Source: Octopus sinensis
Taxonomy: Eukaryota
Reading direction: 5' to 3'
Length of the DNA stretch: 64,000 bases
Assembly (NCBI RefSeq): GCF_006345805.1
Contig: NC_043000.1
Coordinates: 163,556,001 to 163,620,000 of the forward strand
The notes under the pieces were generated by a model, which saw only the letters and a list, made by a program, of their open reading frames with translations, was not told where the DNA came from and did no database searches. Shown one piece after another: positions 12,826 through 24,829 of the stretch. Numbering within the stretch: position 1 is the first letter of the stretch; each line of letters begins with the position of its first letter. The translations under genes and the position numbers were made by a program.

Positions 12826-14558
12826 TGCTTACCTTTTCGGTTTTACTCTTTTACTCTTTTGTTGTCGTAACCCATGCCTCCATGATATATGGATTTACGA
12901 CCTCAGGTTCTAAATATGTAGTGAACGTGTAAACGTTCCACAAATGAATTAAAATAATACAGATTCCGTATAGATATGATGGTACAGGAGTTACTGGACT
13001 ATCGGGAACATTTTGCAACTTTATTCTTCTTGCTCGATATCATGTATCTATTAAATTTTCTACGTATTGTAGGTAGACATTTACAAACATCTGAAAATTT
13101 CATAGTTATAGATTAGTGTTCAATTGAAAAAAAAAGAAAAGAAAATCATTTCATTTTCTAAATGCTTAATGAAGACACTAAGTACTACCCCAGTTAATTG
13201 TATCACTTCAGCTTCTTCTATTATCTTAGCATTACGAAATAAATTATTATCTGCATCCTATGATGGTTCATATTTGTAAAGAGACGCCATCTTACTATCA
13301 CCCAGAATCAATTAGTTATTTTCCAACATAGCTACTACTTACAACTTTGTATTGCGCATCTTTTTCTTTTTTTTTTTTGTAATAACCAATTATGCTAATT
13401 TGACTTACTACTACGTGGTCTGTTTCCTAGCGAATATTCAAGAGTTATGTAAATTCTCGACATCGGGGTTCAATTTTCAAAAGAATATTGCCGAAAATTT
13501 CCATTTTAACTAACTTCAGTAGTCTTTGAGATTTACCATCGTTCAGTCTCATAGTTCTTGCTGAAGACTTAAGTTCACTCAACAACCTTCACATTTGCCC
13601 TGATACACTTCCCTTCTTTTACGTCAGCATGTAATAGGTTAATAGTGTCACCTTGTCCAAACTAGATACTCATCATCAAGAAGAAAGTTATTTCAGCTGA
13701 ATAAATTCTTTCATCTGTTTCATCAATCTTAAACACTAACCAGCTGCTTCTATCTTAACATTAAATAAAAGTTAATTATATTATCAACCGGTTGTCGCAG
13801 CGATCTATCATCATATTTCTCCAACAAAAGTCGACCTTTCCATTACAGTTATATATTTAAAGAGAACGAAACTAGCGATAGTTAAACATCTAATCTATGA
13901 TAACATCGCAGTAATGTTGATGAGATACAACACGCTCCTGCATTTCACAGTAAAGGAAAGCAGGACAGATACAAGAAAAACTTTGCACTGCTGCTGGTTA
14001 TGTGGTTATGTTCATGCTACGATAAGTGACAATGGAAGACGGTGAAATATTTCTGAGTGTCGCAGTGAATACGTCGCTGTATTGGTTGTTGTTCTTATAT
14101 TCGTATTGTTGTTATTGTTTGCTATTGTTAGCCCTTGGTGAACTTTGATGGCAGACATAGGATTTAATCGTGAGATTGTTGTCTAATTAATACGACATAA
14201 TGCAGCTCGGGTTGCAGTATAAAATGTTTTCTTCCCCGTTTAAGATGGTAGGGTGTGATTTAAAGGAAATTAAGCTAATATTTCTATCAGTTCTATTTCT
14301 TCTTGTTTTTTAACCACAGATAAATTCTGATTGCACAGACTTATGACAAAAGATATACGAAACGTGAATTTCCCACCTTTCAGATGTGTGTAAGTCAATA
14401 TAGTATTGAATTTATCCTATCCTTATATATGACAGTAATATATGATTTGAAGGAAGTTTTGTCTGCTATTTCTTGCTGGTCGAGTGACCACGTAGAAGCA
14501 CATGAACGTTAGATGCTGCTGCTACTGCTGTAGTTGCTACTACTGTTGTTGCTGCTGT

Positions 14559-15126
14559 CTTCTTCTTCTTCTTCTTCTTCTTCTTCTTCTTCTTCTTCTT
14601 CTTCTTCTTCTTCTTCTTCTTCTTCTTCTTCTTCTTCTTCTTCTTCTTCTTCCAATCAAAACTCCCGCCATTAGCCAAAAAGAATAATCTCTAATTCGCG
14701 CCTACTCTAAGCCACCAAGAATGCATGTGGCAACTTGAAGATCCTCCCACCACACGCGATGATATACTGGCGGTTGCACGAGCGCGAAAGCTACGTTGTT
14801 ATCCTCATTCCGTAAATGGTGGCTTTTCACGGGTGGTGAGATGAACCATCCTGGGGTATAGAGGATTCGCAATCTAGACTAGGGTCTGAAAGTTTACCAC
14901 ACCATAGTGGGTTACACCATGGTTTCTCTGCTTTGTGGCAGAAGTAGGAAGAAAGAGTGAGAGAAAGTTGTGGTGAAAGAGTACAGCGGGGTTCACCCCG
15001 CCGGAGCCTCGTGGAGCCTAGGTATTTTTGCTCAATAAACACTCACAAAGCCCGGTCTGGGAACCGAAACGGCGTTCTTACGACCGTGAGTCTGCTGCCC
15101 TAACCACTGGGCCATTGCGCCTCCAC
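14559..15126 (-). mobile_element. tRNA-derived SINE family D, full length, 12-bp TSD
   Basis: Inverted copy of 6726-7337; tgttgctgctgt duplicated at 14547-14558 and 15127-15138. Confidence 0.92.
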
Positions 15127-15479
15127 TGTTGCTGCTGTTGCTGTTGTTGTTACTGCTAGTGCCGATGGTGCCAGTGGTACCGGCGTAAATGTCATGATAT
15201 TAATTTCAGAGACCAGACGGTCTTTGCAAGGAAACAAAAAGAATCATAAATACATTTTAGAGATGTTAATTATTTTACTGGTGTTATTTCATTCTCCGAT
15301 CAACATTCTAGTCTTATCCACACTATATTATTTCTTGGTGTATTCTATGGTATCGGATATAAATTTCTCCCGAATATTTAACGATTTTGAAAACGATAAG
15401 GCAGTATTTGGCTGCAATTTCTTGCAAGCTGATGGTCGATCACAGTCTTGAAGCCAGTTATTAAATATCAGAGGCATTA

Positions 15480-16600
15480 ATTTAAAACCGGGGTTTCCTT
15501 GTTAGATGTGAGCTATATTGCGTTTAATTGATCTCTGGCCTGAGATACCATCGCAAGTCCTTGATGTTCGTCACTGAAAGAGCCAGCAGCAATGCAATAC
15601 TACAGCATTTCTTAGTGATTTTGAATACGTGTTTTTGCATATACACTGACTTACACTACAACACAAGTAGGCCTAATGCAAATATTCAAATGTTTTTTCA
15701 GGTGAAATAAACTCTGAAACCGCTTGGAATATACAGTTGACATGTTACGAGAAAGAAACAGCATTCGGGATTTATGGATAGCATGACAAGCACATTATCA
15801 TACGTAAACTTGCTTGGTATTCTAGAAAAAAAATTAAACATTAACTTTATGACCAAGAAAACGCATTTCCGACGAATTGATATTTATTATAGTTCAAATA
15901 TGATAATACCAAAGCAGAAGAGTGGCAATTTTCTCCTGATCGTTTTATAATGGTTGATTAATTTCCTTATTATTCCTCGTTTTTCTCATTGTCGTAAGGT
16001 GTTTTCAAGACGTAAATTCCTAATTTTTGTAAATTATAATTTTGAATCTTTGTTTCAGAGATGAATCTAATATTTGTTATAAGAGAAAAAATTTACACCT
16101 CCAATTTTACATCTGATTCTCCATTCAATGTTTACTGGACAAGTAGAGGAAATAATGGATCAGCATCGATAATGTTAATCTGAATTATCTTCATGCTCTA
16201 ACTGATCTAGCACTATAGGGCAGAAAAGATACCAGTAATGCAGCAGATCATTGGATTCTGAATGTGAAATCAATTTAACAACTCTTTGAACTCTTGTCAT
16301 TTGTAATGTGTAGGAGATAAATCACAGACAAGTATTTAACCTATGATCATGAAGAATAGATATAACTTACTGAAAATTAAATATTCCATCTGTGAACATG
16401 CATTATGATTCCGAACTCTCAGAACTCTGATCCGATTATATGTGTTGAAGTCTGCGAAAATACTGAAAGCCTGTTTTGGCTCGGGGACTTAACAACAACT
16501 GCAACGAGTTTTACCAAAGTTGAGGAAAATTGACTGAATTCATTACAATGAATTAAGGAAAGTAAACAGTTCAAGCGCTACATTGTTCTGAAAGACCCTT
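15480..16600 (+). pseudogene. Possible highly decayed hAT-type transposase remnant
   Basis: Weak ordered motifs FVTERAS (like TDGA), TCFCI (like HCxxH) and KLAWYSR (like VRWLSR); heavily frameshifted. Confidence 0.3.
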
Positions 16601-16789
16601 CGAGACATCTAAAGTAAACACATTTGAGATAAGTTGAAATTTATGTTTCCCAAAATTGAAATCTTCCTCAGAATAATTGTGTGCATGATGGCGACCAACT
16701 AAAACAGGAAGCGTTCATTTTTCAGGACGAAACTCACAAACAATTGTTTTTATGGGACAAAACAGAAAATGTGAAGGCCTTTTATATTA

Positions 16790-16868
16790 TACTAGCAGTA
16801 TCGCCCGGCGTTGCTCGGGTTTGTAAGGGAAATAACTATATAAGCATTTTTAGAGAGTTATAGCCAAA
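16790..16868 (+). mobile_element. Helitron/Helentron terminal fragment
   Basis: actagcagtatcgcccggcgttgctcggg hairpin terminus shared with 47082-47110. Confidence 0.65.
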
Positions 16869-17356
16869 TAAAGCAATTTCCTACACTGAAATACCACATA
16901 TATCTGATATTCGGAACTCTTTATTTAAATGTATTAGGTTCGAGTACATTGTCTTGTCAGGGGTCTCAGTTATTTATAATACGACCCAGAGCAGTTACTT
17001 GAAAAACTAAACTACCGCAATATGTTCAGCAAGCGATCATTTGCCATCCGACATATTAATGAAAAGAAATTGTCATTCACATTTTGCCAGGAAAAATTAA
17101 ACTTACCTTCTGATTGTTCATGTACTATGCTAACAACAACTTGAAGAGTATCTTGTTTCTTATCTCAAGCAGCTTACAAATTTCTTGTGTATTAGCAACT
17201 CAAAATAACCTGACTGTTTGAATGCTTCTGCAATCTTTTCTCAAAAGGGAGTTACATTGATTAAAGGAATGTTGTTATGTATTTGTTTTGTATTTGCACT
17301 ATTTTTCTTTTTTTTAAAGTGAATCACCATTACTATATAACTCCCCGAATAGTGAG

Positions 17357-17670
17357 GGCGCGTGGCTTAGTGGTTAGGGCATTCGGCTCATGATCGTATG
17401 GTTGTGAGTTCGATTCCCGGCGACGCGTTGTGTCCTTGAGCAAGACACTTTATTTCACGTTGCTCCAGTCCACTCAGCTGGCAAAAATGAGTTGTACTTG
17501 TATTTCAAAGGGTCAGCCTTGTCACTCTGTGTCACGCTGATTATCCCCGAGAACTACGTTAAGGGTACACGTGTCTGTGGAATGCTCAGCCATTTGCACG
17601 TTAATTTCACGAGCAAGCTGTTCCGTTGATCGTATCAGCTGGGACCCTCGTCGTCGTAACCGGCGGAGTC
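17357..17670 (+). mobile_element. tRNA-derived SINE family C
   Basis: ggcgcgtggcttagtggttagg...gagttcgattccc head, CORE-like tgtccttgagcaagacactt, 3' ctcgtcgtcgtaacc; copies at 51430, 55440, 59110. Confidence 0.9.
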
Positions 17671-18119
17671 TTTTAACTCCCCGAATATAAATAAAATAGA
17701 AAAAAAAATATTCTCCACTCTCCACTGACTGGTTCAGAATGTGATTAGGTTTTCTCACGTGGTTTCTAGGAACAGTTAATAACTTTTTCTGACGACGTCT
17801 TTTTATTTCGCGAAGGATTCAACATTAGAACACGCCATTGTTCCAGCCGAGATGGCTCGTCTTTATAACAACGTCTTCTTACTCTACACACGTCATGTGA
17901 TAAATCACAAATGGAAGACTCAGAAAGTATAGAAACAACCTAAAAATACTTCACAATGTCCAAACGAATATAAGACCCCGGAGAGGCCACCTCACTGGCT
18001 CGAATCCAGCTGGTTGAGATGGCATAGGTTTTGAGAAACTGTTTATAGATGAGCATCCAAAATATTAGGAATCAGCAGAGTTAGCACTCTGAATAGAATG
18101 ATTCGTGGAATATCCTCCG

Positions 18120-18275
18120 GTTTTACGTTCTGAGTTCAAATTCCGCCGAGGTTGACTTTGTCTTTCGTCCCCACGAGGTCGATAAAATAAATACCAGTTA
18201 AAAATTGATGTCGATGTAATCAACTTAACTTCTTCCCGAAATTGCTGGCTTTGTGCCAGAATATGAAACCATTAT
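18120..18275 (+). mobile_element. SINE family A fragment
   Basis: tacgttctgagttcaaattccgccgaggttgactttg. Confidence 0.8.
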
Positions 18276-18614
18276 TTTCTCCATTTTTTTGTGTCTACCG
18301 AATGGGAAAGTGGCCTGACTCATTTTGCATTTTGCTTTCGCGGTCTAAAAGTTATCTACTTATTTGGATCAAAGCACCGGAAGTTGTTATCAACATTTTG
18401 AAATAAACCGTTACGAATAATAATTATTTCAGAGGTGAAAAGAAAAGCGTGAGGCTACAGAGATGTGACTGGTTTATGGATATGGGTTTATGGTGATTGG
18501 TTATTGGGTATGGTGGAGTTGTATTTCGGTTTGGGGATAAGGGTTATTGATATGTTTAATTGGTGTAGCTGGTGATATTGTATATGTGTGAGTTCTGATA
18601 TAATCATGAGGCCA

Positions 18615-18770
18615 CATTTTGGTACAGGACCAGCAATTTTAGAGGAAGGGTATTAGTCGATTACATCGATTCTATTGCTCAGCCGGTAATCATTTTATCA
18701 ACCCCGAAAGGATGAAAGGTAAATTTGACCTCGATGGAATTTGAACACAGAACGTAATGGGCCAGAAGAA
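18615..18770 (-). mobile_element. SINE family A fragment
   Basis: ccccgaaaggatgaaaggtaaatttgacctcgatggaatttgaac. Confidence 0.75.
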
Positions 18771-19680
18771 ATTATCACTGGAAACCAGTCAAAAAGCCTT
18801 TTAATCTTCCTTTGTTTTACTTTTTTTTAACGTTTCTGCCAGTAAGCACGTATCTTCTTCTTGAATACTAATCAGCGGAAAGACAACAATTTAAGTCGCA
18901 AGATATAAGATCGAAAGCCATTGATCGAAATGAAGTTATCAACATAACATACAACAGAAAAAATAATTTCTTCAAGAGCTAACTAGTACTGGCTTCCAAC
19001 AGTGTCGTTTTAGTTTCAGTTCCAGCAGCCAGAGTCGACCATCTGTGTGGTGGCATCAGTAACAATAACTGGAAGAACTAAAGACTGATTTGATTCCACG
19101 AATACATAAATCAAATCTTTAATGTCTGACTACAGCAGATATGTTAAATTTGTCAGGCAATTGATTACTAAATAACGGAAGGTATGAAAACTTATGCCAT
19201 GATTGCGTCGTATCGGGTTCATAATTTACCAAATCACAGAACAGTGACGTAGAACAAGAGATGTGAAAAAAATCAACCTACGCCAGAGCTAATATATACA
19301 ACGAGCTAATTAACAGAACAAATAATCAAACAGAACCGGAAATATTCCTAAGATTATTATAGATAATTAAAGAACACTAATTTGTAATAATTACTCCAAA
19401 CAATGAACATATAACATCTACTCACTGAAATACCATCTTATTACTAAACTTTCGTCTGGTCGAATGATAGAAATATCTAATATATAATAGAAACGAAAGT
19501 TATTTTTATAGGTATTCACAAATACATTTTCTTTTACGATGTATGTAAACAAAGTTTGCTTTTTTGGAAGTGTTGAGATGTATTGAAACATACAGATATG
19601 GAAATAGTTTACTCCCAAACGCATAATAATAATGATAAATAGCATAGAACATCTTTATATTGCAGAAAAATTTGTTAGCA

Positions 19681-19752
19681 GCCAGCCATGGGACTTGAAC
19701 TCATATCCTTGTGATTACCGGCCATAGTGCTTTACTTTCAAGCTAAACTGCC
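19681..19752 (-). pseudogene. tRNA-like pseudogene (anticodon GGT, Thr-like)
   Basis: 72-nt cloverleaf on minus strand: GGCAGTT TA GCTT..AAGC, anticodon loop CCGGTAA, T-arm ATGAG-TTCAAGT-CCCAT, GGCTGGC; several stem mismatches. Confidence 0.55.
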
Positions 19753-19817
19753 TACTAACAAATTCTTCTGCAATTTTTTAACTTATAAATATAGCATTTA
19801 TAGACGCTATATATATT

Positions 19818-20030
19818 TTCTTTTACTTGTTTCAGCCACTAGACTGTGGCTATGCTGGAGCACAGTATTGAAGTATTTTTACTCGAATGAATCGATCCCA
19901 ATGCTAATGTTTTCTTTTTGTTTTTCTTTAAGCTTGGTACTTATTCTATCGGTCTTTTTTGCCGAACCATAAGTTACGGGAACGGAATACACACCATCAC
20001 AGGTTGTCAAGCGGTGCTGGAGAACACACA
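19818..20030 (-). mobile_element. SINE family B 3' part
   Basis: ttttacttgtttcag...tgctggagcac...gtacttattctatcggtctttttgccgaacc. Confidence 0.8.
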
Positions 20031-20351
20031 CTCACACACACACATATATATATATATGTATATATATATAAATGTGTGTGCATAAACACACACGTGACAG
20101 TGTTCTTTACCACTGCATAGTATATTATTTCAAGACGAATACCGCGGTTAATCAGGCTTTTCCACCATGTATTTACATTTAGGACACACAGGCTGCTATT
20201 CTAAATTAAAAACTGCGGCTTTTTCATATAACGAATTTTTAATCAGCCAGCCGGATAACTATAACATCAGGGATATTTTAGTCACAGCTTTTCCTGTATG
20301 AATGACGATGGTTTTTGTCTCCGCATGCGGTCGATTGCCTTTCAGCACTTG

Positions 20352-20385
20352 CTACTGACGAAGCCTAAAGAGGCAGAAAATAGTC
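20352..20385 (+). ncRNA. Partial hammerhead-like motif (helix III deleted)
   Basis: CTGACGA-aGCCT-aaag-AGGCa-GAAA then atag; no intact helix III or NUH. Confidence 0.3.
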
Positions 20386-20989
20386 ATCTACCATCACCTA
20401 TATCTTTTTTTTTTTTTGCTGCTGGTATATTATTGAGTTATTCAACACTATGTCTATAAGAGATTACAGACTTACCTCAATTTATGCATGTATATACAAA
20501 ATGTGTGCGAGTGCGTATTAAGTGTACGTTTTTATGCACGTGAGTATATGTATATGTATGTGTCTGCATGTATATGTATAACTCTGTGAGAGAAATGATT
20601 ATTTTATCTCCACACGTCACTGTATACGTCCGGACTCTTTCTTCGAACAGGCAAATTCCGTCAACAGTAAGTCAAGGTCATAATACAAAAGTCAACACAT
20701 ACAAAGGTCAACGTATGTATCCAAGTGGGAAAAGGAATCACGCTGATTTGATGGCACTGTTCACATGGTACGCTGTGACAGGTACAAAGAGCCCCGTCTT
20801 GTCAATATTAGACAATAAAAGCAGGAGGACTTATGCAGTGACATGATCGTCTGGGGCAGTTGAACGAAATAGTAACACACGTACATATACTTACTTATGA
20901 AAACTGGCACACATAAGGAAGACACATATGCACACACATATAAACATACACACGCATATACGTACAGGGTGTTAGTGTGTGTGTGTGAG

Positions 20990-21095
20990 TATATGCGTAT
21001 ATATATATATATTATATATACATATATATACATACAGATATATACATACACGTATATATATATGTATATATATATACATACATATGCATACACAC

Positions 21096-21145
<50 letters not shown>

Positions 21146-21255
21146 TATATATACATACATATACATATACATACACACGTATATATATATATATAGATAT
21201 ATATATATATATATAGAGAAGAGAGAGAGAGAGAGAGAGAAAGATAGATAGATAG

Positions 21256-21311
<56 letters not shown>

Positions 21312-21326
21312 AAGATAGATAGATAG

Positions 21327-21372
<46 letters not shown>

Positions 21373-21405
21373 TAGATATAGATAAATAGATAGATAGGGT
21401 TACAT

Positions 21406-21449
<44 letters not shown>

Positions 21450-21450
21450 G
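20990..21450. repeat. Compound (TA)n/(GA)n/(GATA)n microsatellite
   Basis: Direct inspection. Confidence 0.95.
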
Positions 21451-22790
21451 CATGCACATATATGCATTTATATACATATTCACACACATATACCTGATTA
21501 TGTACACACGAAACTAAGAGGTGTATACGCATATGTGTGTATGTATGTATGTATGTATTATATATGTATATATGTATGTGTGTATGTATTTATGCATGTA
21601 TAAGAGATGTTTTCTTAGTCTTAAAAACCAAGACTGTTCTTACTTTGTCTTTTTTATCAATGTTCTCTTTACATATTTTCGTATAAGTTGTATACTTCGC
21701 ACATCGCTTAGAATAGTGATGGACACAAATCTAACTTATGTCTTCCTAGGCTTACTAAGTCTCATCTTCCGGATTAAATAATTTGGTTGCTTACACCGCT
21801 TTTGTATATTGGGCTGAACAAATGTAATTTGTGTAGACATTGCCGCCGGATATTGAATTTGTAATCGATTAGACTTATACGTTATCCTTTTCGTGTCTAA
21901 TTTTGTTTGCGACTAATATATTTTATAGGCCACCTAACAACAACACACGTCCAGTGGATGAGACTTATCAAGATCCACAAAGTTTACAATGAATTTGGTA
22001 ACTGAATGATTCCAAATAAACATAGAAAACCTCATGCAATATAAACAAAATTAAGAAAACAGTGGTGTACATAACATTTAGATGTGTGTATGTGTGGTGG
22101 TATAACATCACGCAAGCAGTTTGTCTAGCTCGTACTATATAAGCCCATGTTAGAGATTACATTTCAGCTTGCAATACCCTTTACATTTCATACTCGGCAA
22201 CGAGTACCAACCGGGCTTTTGAAGAAAATATTCGCAAGTCTGAACACTCGTTAATGGTTATTATCAGGCACGGCCAAGCAAATAACTAAATGAATTATAG
22301 AATGTGCAATACTTTCTTTACGTACAAAATTTATGGTACAATATTTCAAACCAGCAACTGAAACTATAAAACTTAGTTGATGCTTTTTTAAAAGACAGTC
22401 TTGGAATATTCCATTACACGCCTCGGTTCCAAACTGAAAGGCAACACATCAAATATAATTAGTGGTTTCATTTAAGAAAACCTCAAGACAAAACTTGAAA
22501 GAAGGTTATGGCTAATTGATTGGACTCCAGTGAAGGATACAGATCGACAAAGGGTTGTCTTTAGAATTTATATTCTGCAACAACAAAAGCAAAAGGAATT
22601 GAATTAATTGCAAGAAAGACGTTAATCAGATGACCTACTTTCGTACTTGTCCAATGACGTAAACATTGACTTGCTACTCGGCTTGGTTGCAATGACCTCA
22701 AATTTTACAGAAAACGGAAATGTGAAGAATGAATTCCATACCTTTCAAAACACACACAGACACTGCGTGTGAGTGAGTGTGAGTGTGTGT

Positions 22791-22821
<31 letters not shown>

Positions 22822-22960
22822 TAAGTTTGTGAGTGCATGGCAGGGCGTGACTGTGATGGCTAATATGTAGGTTCCAATTAACCTGGTTGAAACTTGCTAT
22901 TCAATAGGATTACTGCTTTGAAAAATTAGATGTCGAAGTAGAAAGCTGCTCAAATTTCAA

Positions 22961-23281
22961 GTCAATTTATTACGGCCGTTTCAAGCGACTGCTTTAATTT
23001 AATTGATTAATGAAGACATTACATTGCAAGGAAACAGTCTTCGTCAGATGACTGCATAGACTTCACACACAAAGGACAAACAAACTGCTTTAACATATAA
23101 CAGCAGAATCAATGTAAGTATTTGAGCTCTGTTGGTGGTACGAATATGTTAAAGCAGTTGGTTTGTCCTTTGTGTGTGAAGTCTGTTCAGTCATCAGACG
23201 AAAACAGTTTTTTTTTGCAACGATGTAATGTTTTCATTAACCCATTAAAGGAGTCGCTTGAAACGGCCGCAATGAATTGAC
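22961..23281. mobile_element. Fold-back MITE-like element with ~138-bp inverted arms
   Basis: gtcaatttattacggccgtttcaagcgact...gacttcacacacaaaggacaaac...ttaacatat pairs with atatgttaa...gtttgtcctttgtgtgtgaagtc...agtcgcttgaaacggccgcaatgaattgac; ~45-nt spacer. Confidence 0.85.
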
Positions 23282-23378
23282 ACCTGTACATCTTTGTTAC
23301 TCATTTATATTTTATTCCCCTACCCTGGAATCTGTACTTCAGGAATTTTATAGAAAGTATTTTTGTATTTTTATATAA

Positions 23379-23715
23379 ATGGTTCCAGGTTCAGTCCCAC
23401 TGCGTGGCACCTTGGGCAAGTGTCTTCTACTATAGCCTCGGACCGACCAAAGCCTTCTGAGTGGATTTGGTAGACGGGAAACTAAAAGAAGCCTGTCGTA
23501 TATATATATGTATATGTGTGTGTTTATTGCCCCCCACCCAACGTCGCTTGACAACCGATGCTGGTGTGTTTACGTCCCCGTAACTTAGCGGTTCGGGAAA
23601 GAGACCGATAGAATAAGTACTAGGCTTACAAAGAATAAGTGGTGGGGTCGATTTGTTCGACTAAAGGCCGCAGTCAATTGACTGAAACAAAGAAAAAGAA
23701 AAAAAAGAAAGAAAG
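23379..23715 (+). mobile_element. SINE family B (5'-truncated)
   Basis: ggttcagtcccactgcgtggcaccttgggcaagtgtcttc...gactgaaacaa. Confidence 0.9.
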
Positions 23716-23905
23716 AGTACATGTCTGAAAAACCTGGAGCGGATCTCTTCACTAAGTTGGGTCGTGATATTTGCATACATTGCAAGAATATTTAGTGCTA
23801 ACACTTCTTGCTCAGAGTTTGATATTCACCTGATATTGTTTGGGCGTGGAAATTCGATCGACCTAACAAGGGGCCTCAATTTATGTACCTAATTAAACCG
23901 AATCT

Positions 23906-23957
<52 letters not shown>

Positions 23958-24097
23958 CAGGTAATAATGATTAATGAATCCAGGAGATATCAACTCAGCC
24001 CTCGGTAAAAGTAACGTCCATAGAAATATATATATATGCACTAATACCTTGACATTCTTGTTACTTATTGAATATATATATATACACATATATATTT

Positions 24098-24406
24098 CAC
24101 CGTGATCACCGTGACCGACCAGGCTATGAGATGTTGTTACACATCGCTGGTCACAATGCGCATATCATTGTTTTCGCCTTCAAATAACGCCAACCCGCTG
24201 GCTAAGCGAGCAGGCCGACAGAAGAAAGAGTGAGAGAAAGTTGCGGCGAAAGAGTACAGCAGGGATCGCCACCATCCCTGCCGGAGCCTCGTGGAGCTTT
24301 AAGTGTTTTCGCTCAATAAACACTCACAACGCCCGGTCTAGAAATCGAAACTGCAATCCTATGACCACGATCCACTGCCCTAACCACTGGGCCATTGCGC
24401 CTCCAC
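24098..24406 (-). mobile_element. SINE family D variant with a different (RTE-like) 3' tail
   Basis: Same head and body as 6726 up to ctcactctttcttc, then unrelated tail ending ggtcacggtgatcacggtga. Confidence 0.88.
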
Positions 24407-24407
24407 A

Positions 24408-24465
<58 letters not shown>

Positions 24466-24476
24466 GATAGATAGAT

Positions 24477-24511
<35 letters not shown>

Positions 24512-24541
24512 CATACATACATACATACATACATACATACA

Positions 24542-24573
<32 letters not shown>

Positions 24574-24755
24574 CGTATACACCACACACACACACACACA
24601 CATTAATATATCGCTTAGGTATAGCGAGACCAATAACCTAGTGTAGAACTCCATTCCCATATGGCCCAGAACACAATGCTTGATGAGTGTCGAGTGGTAA
24701 TAAGAACAAAGAGATGACAGCAGAGAAAGCAAAGCTAATGTTACGAACGTCATTA

Positions 24756-24829
24756 TCTTACAGCTGTTTCTGTTATAAGATGTGTGCACTCACAATTGAG
24801 AACCTGAGTAACATCCTACAGCGTCATCG
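24756..24829 (-). ncRNA. 5'-truncated minimal hammerhead ribozyme motif
   Basis: Minus strand: (c)GATGA-long helix II (TAGGATGT...ACATCTTA)-GAAA-CAGCTG-TA-AGA; 5' strand of helix I replaced by (TA)n. Confidence 0.5.
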
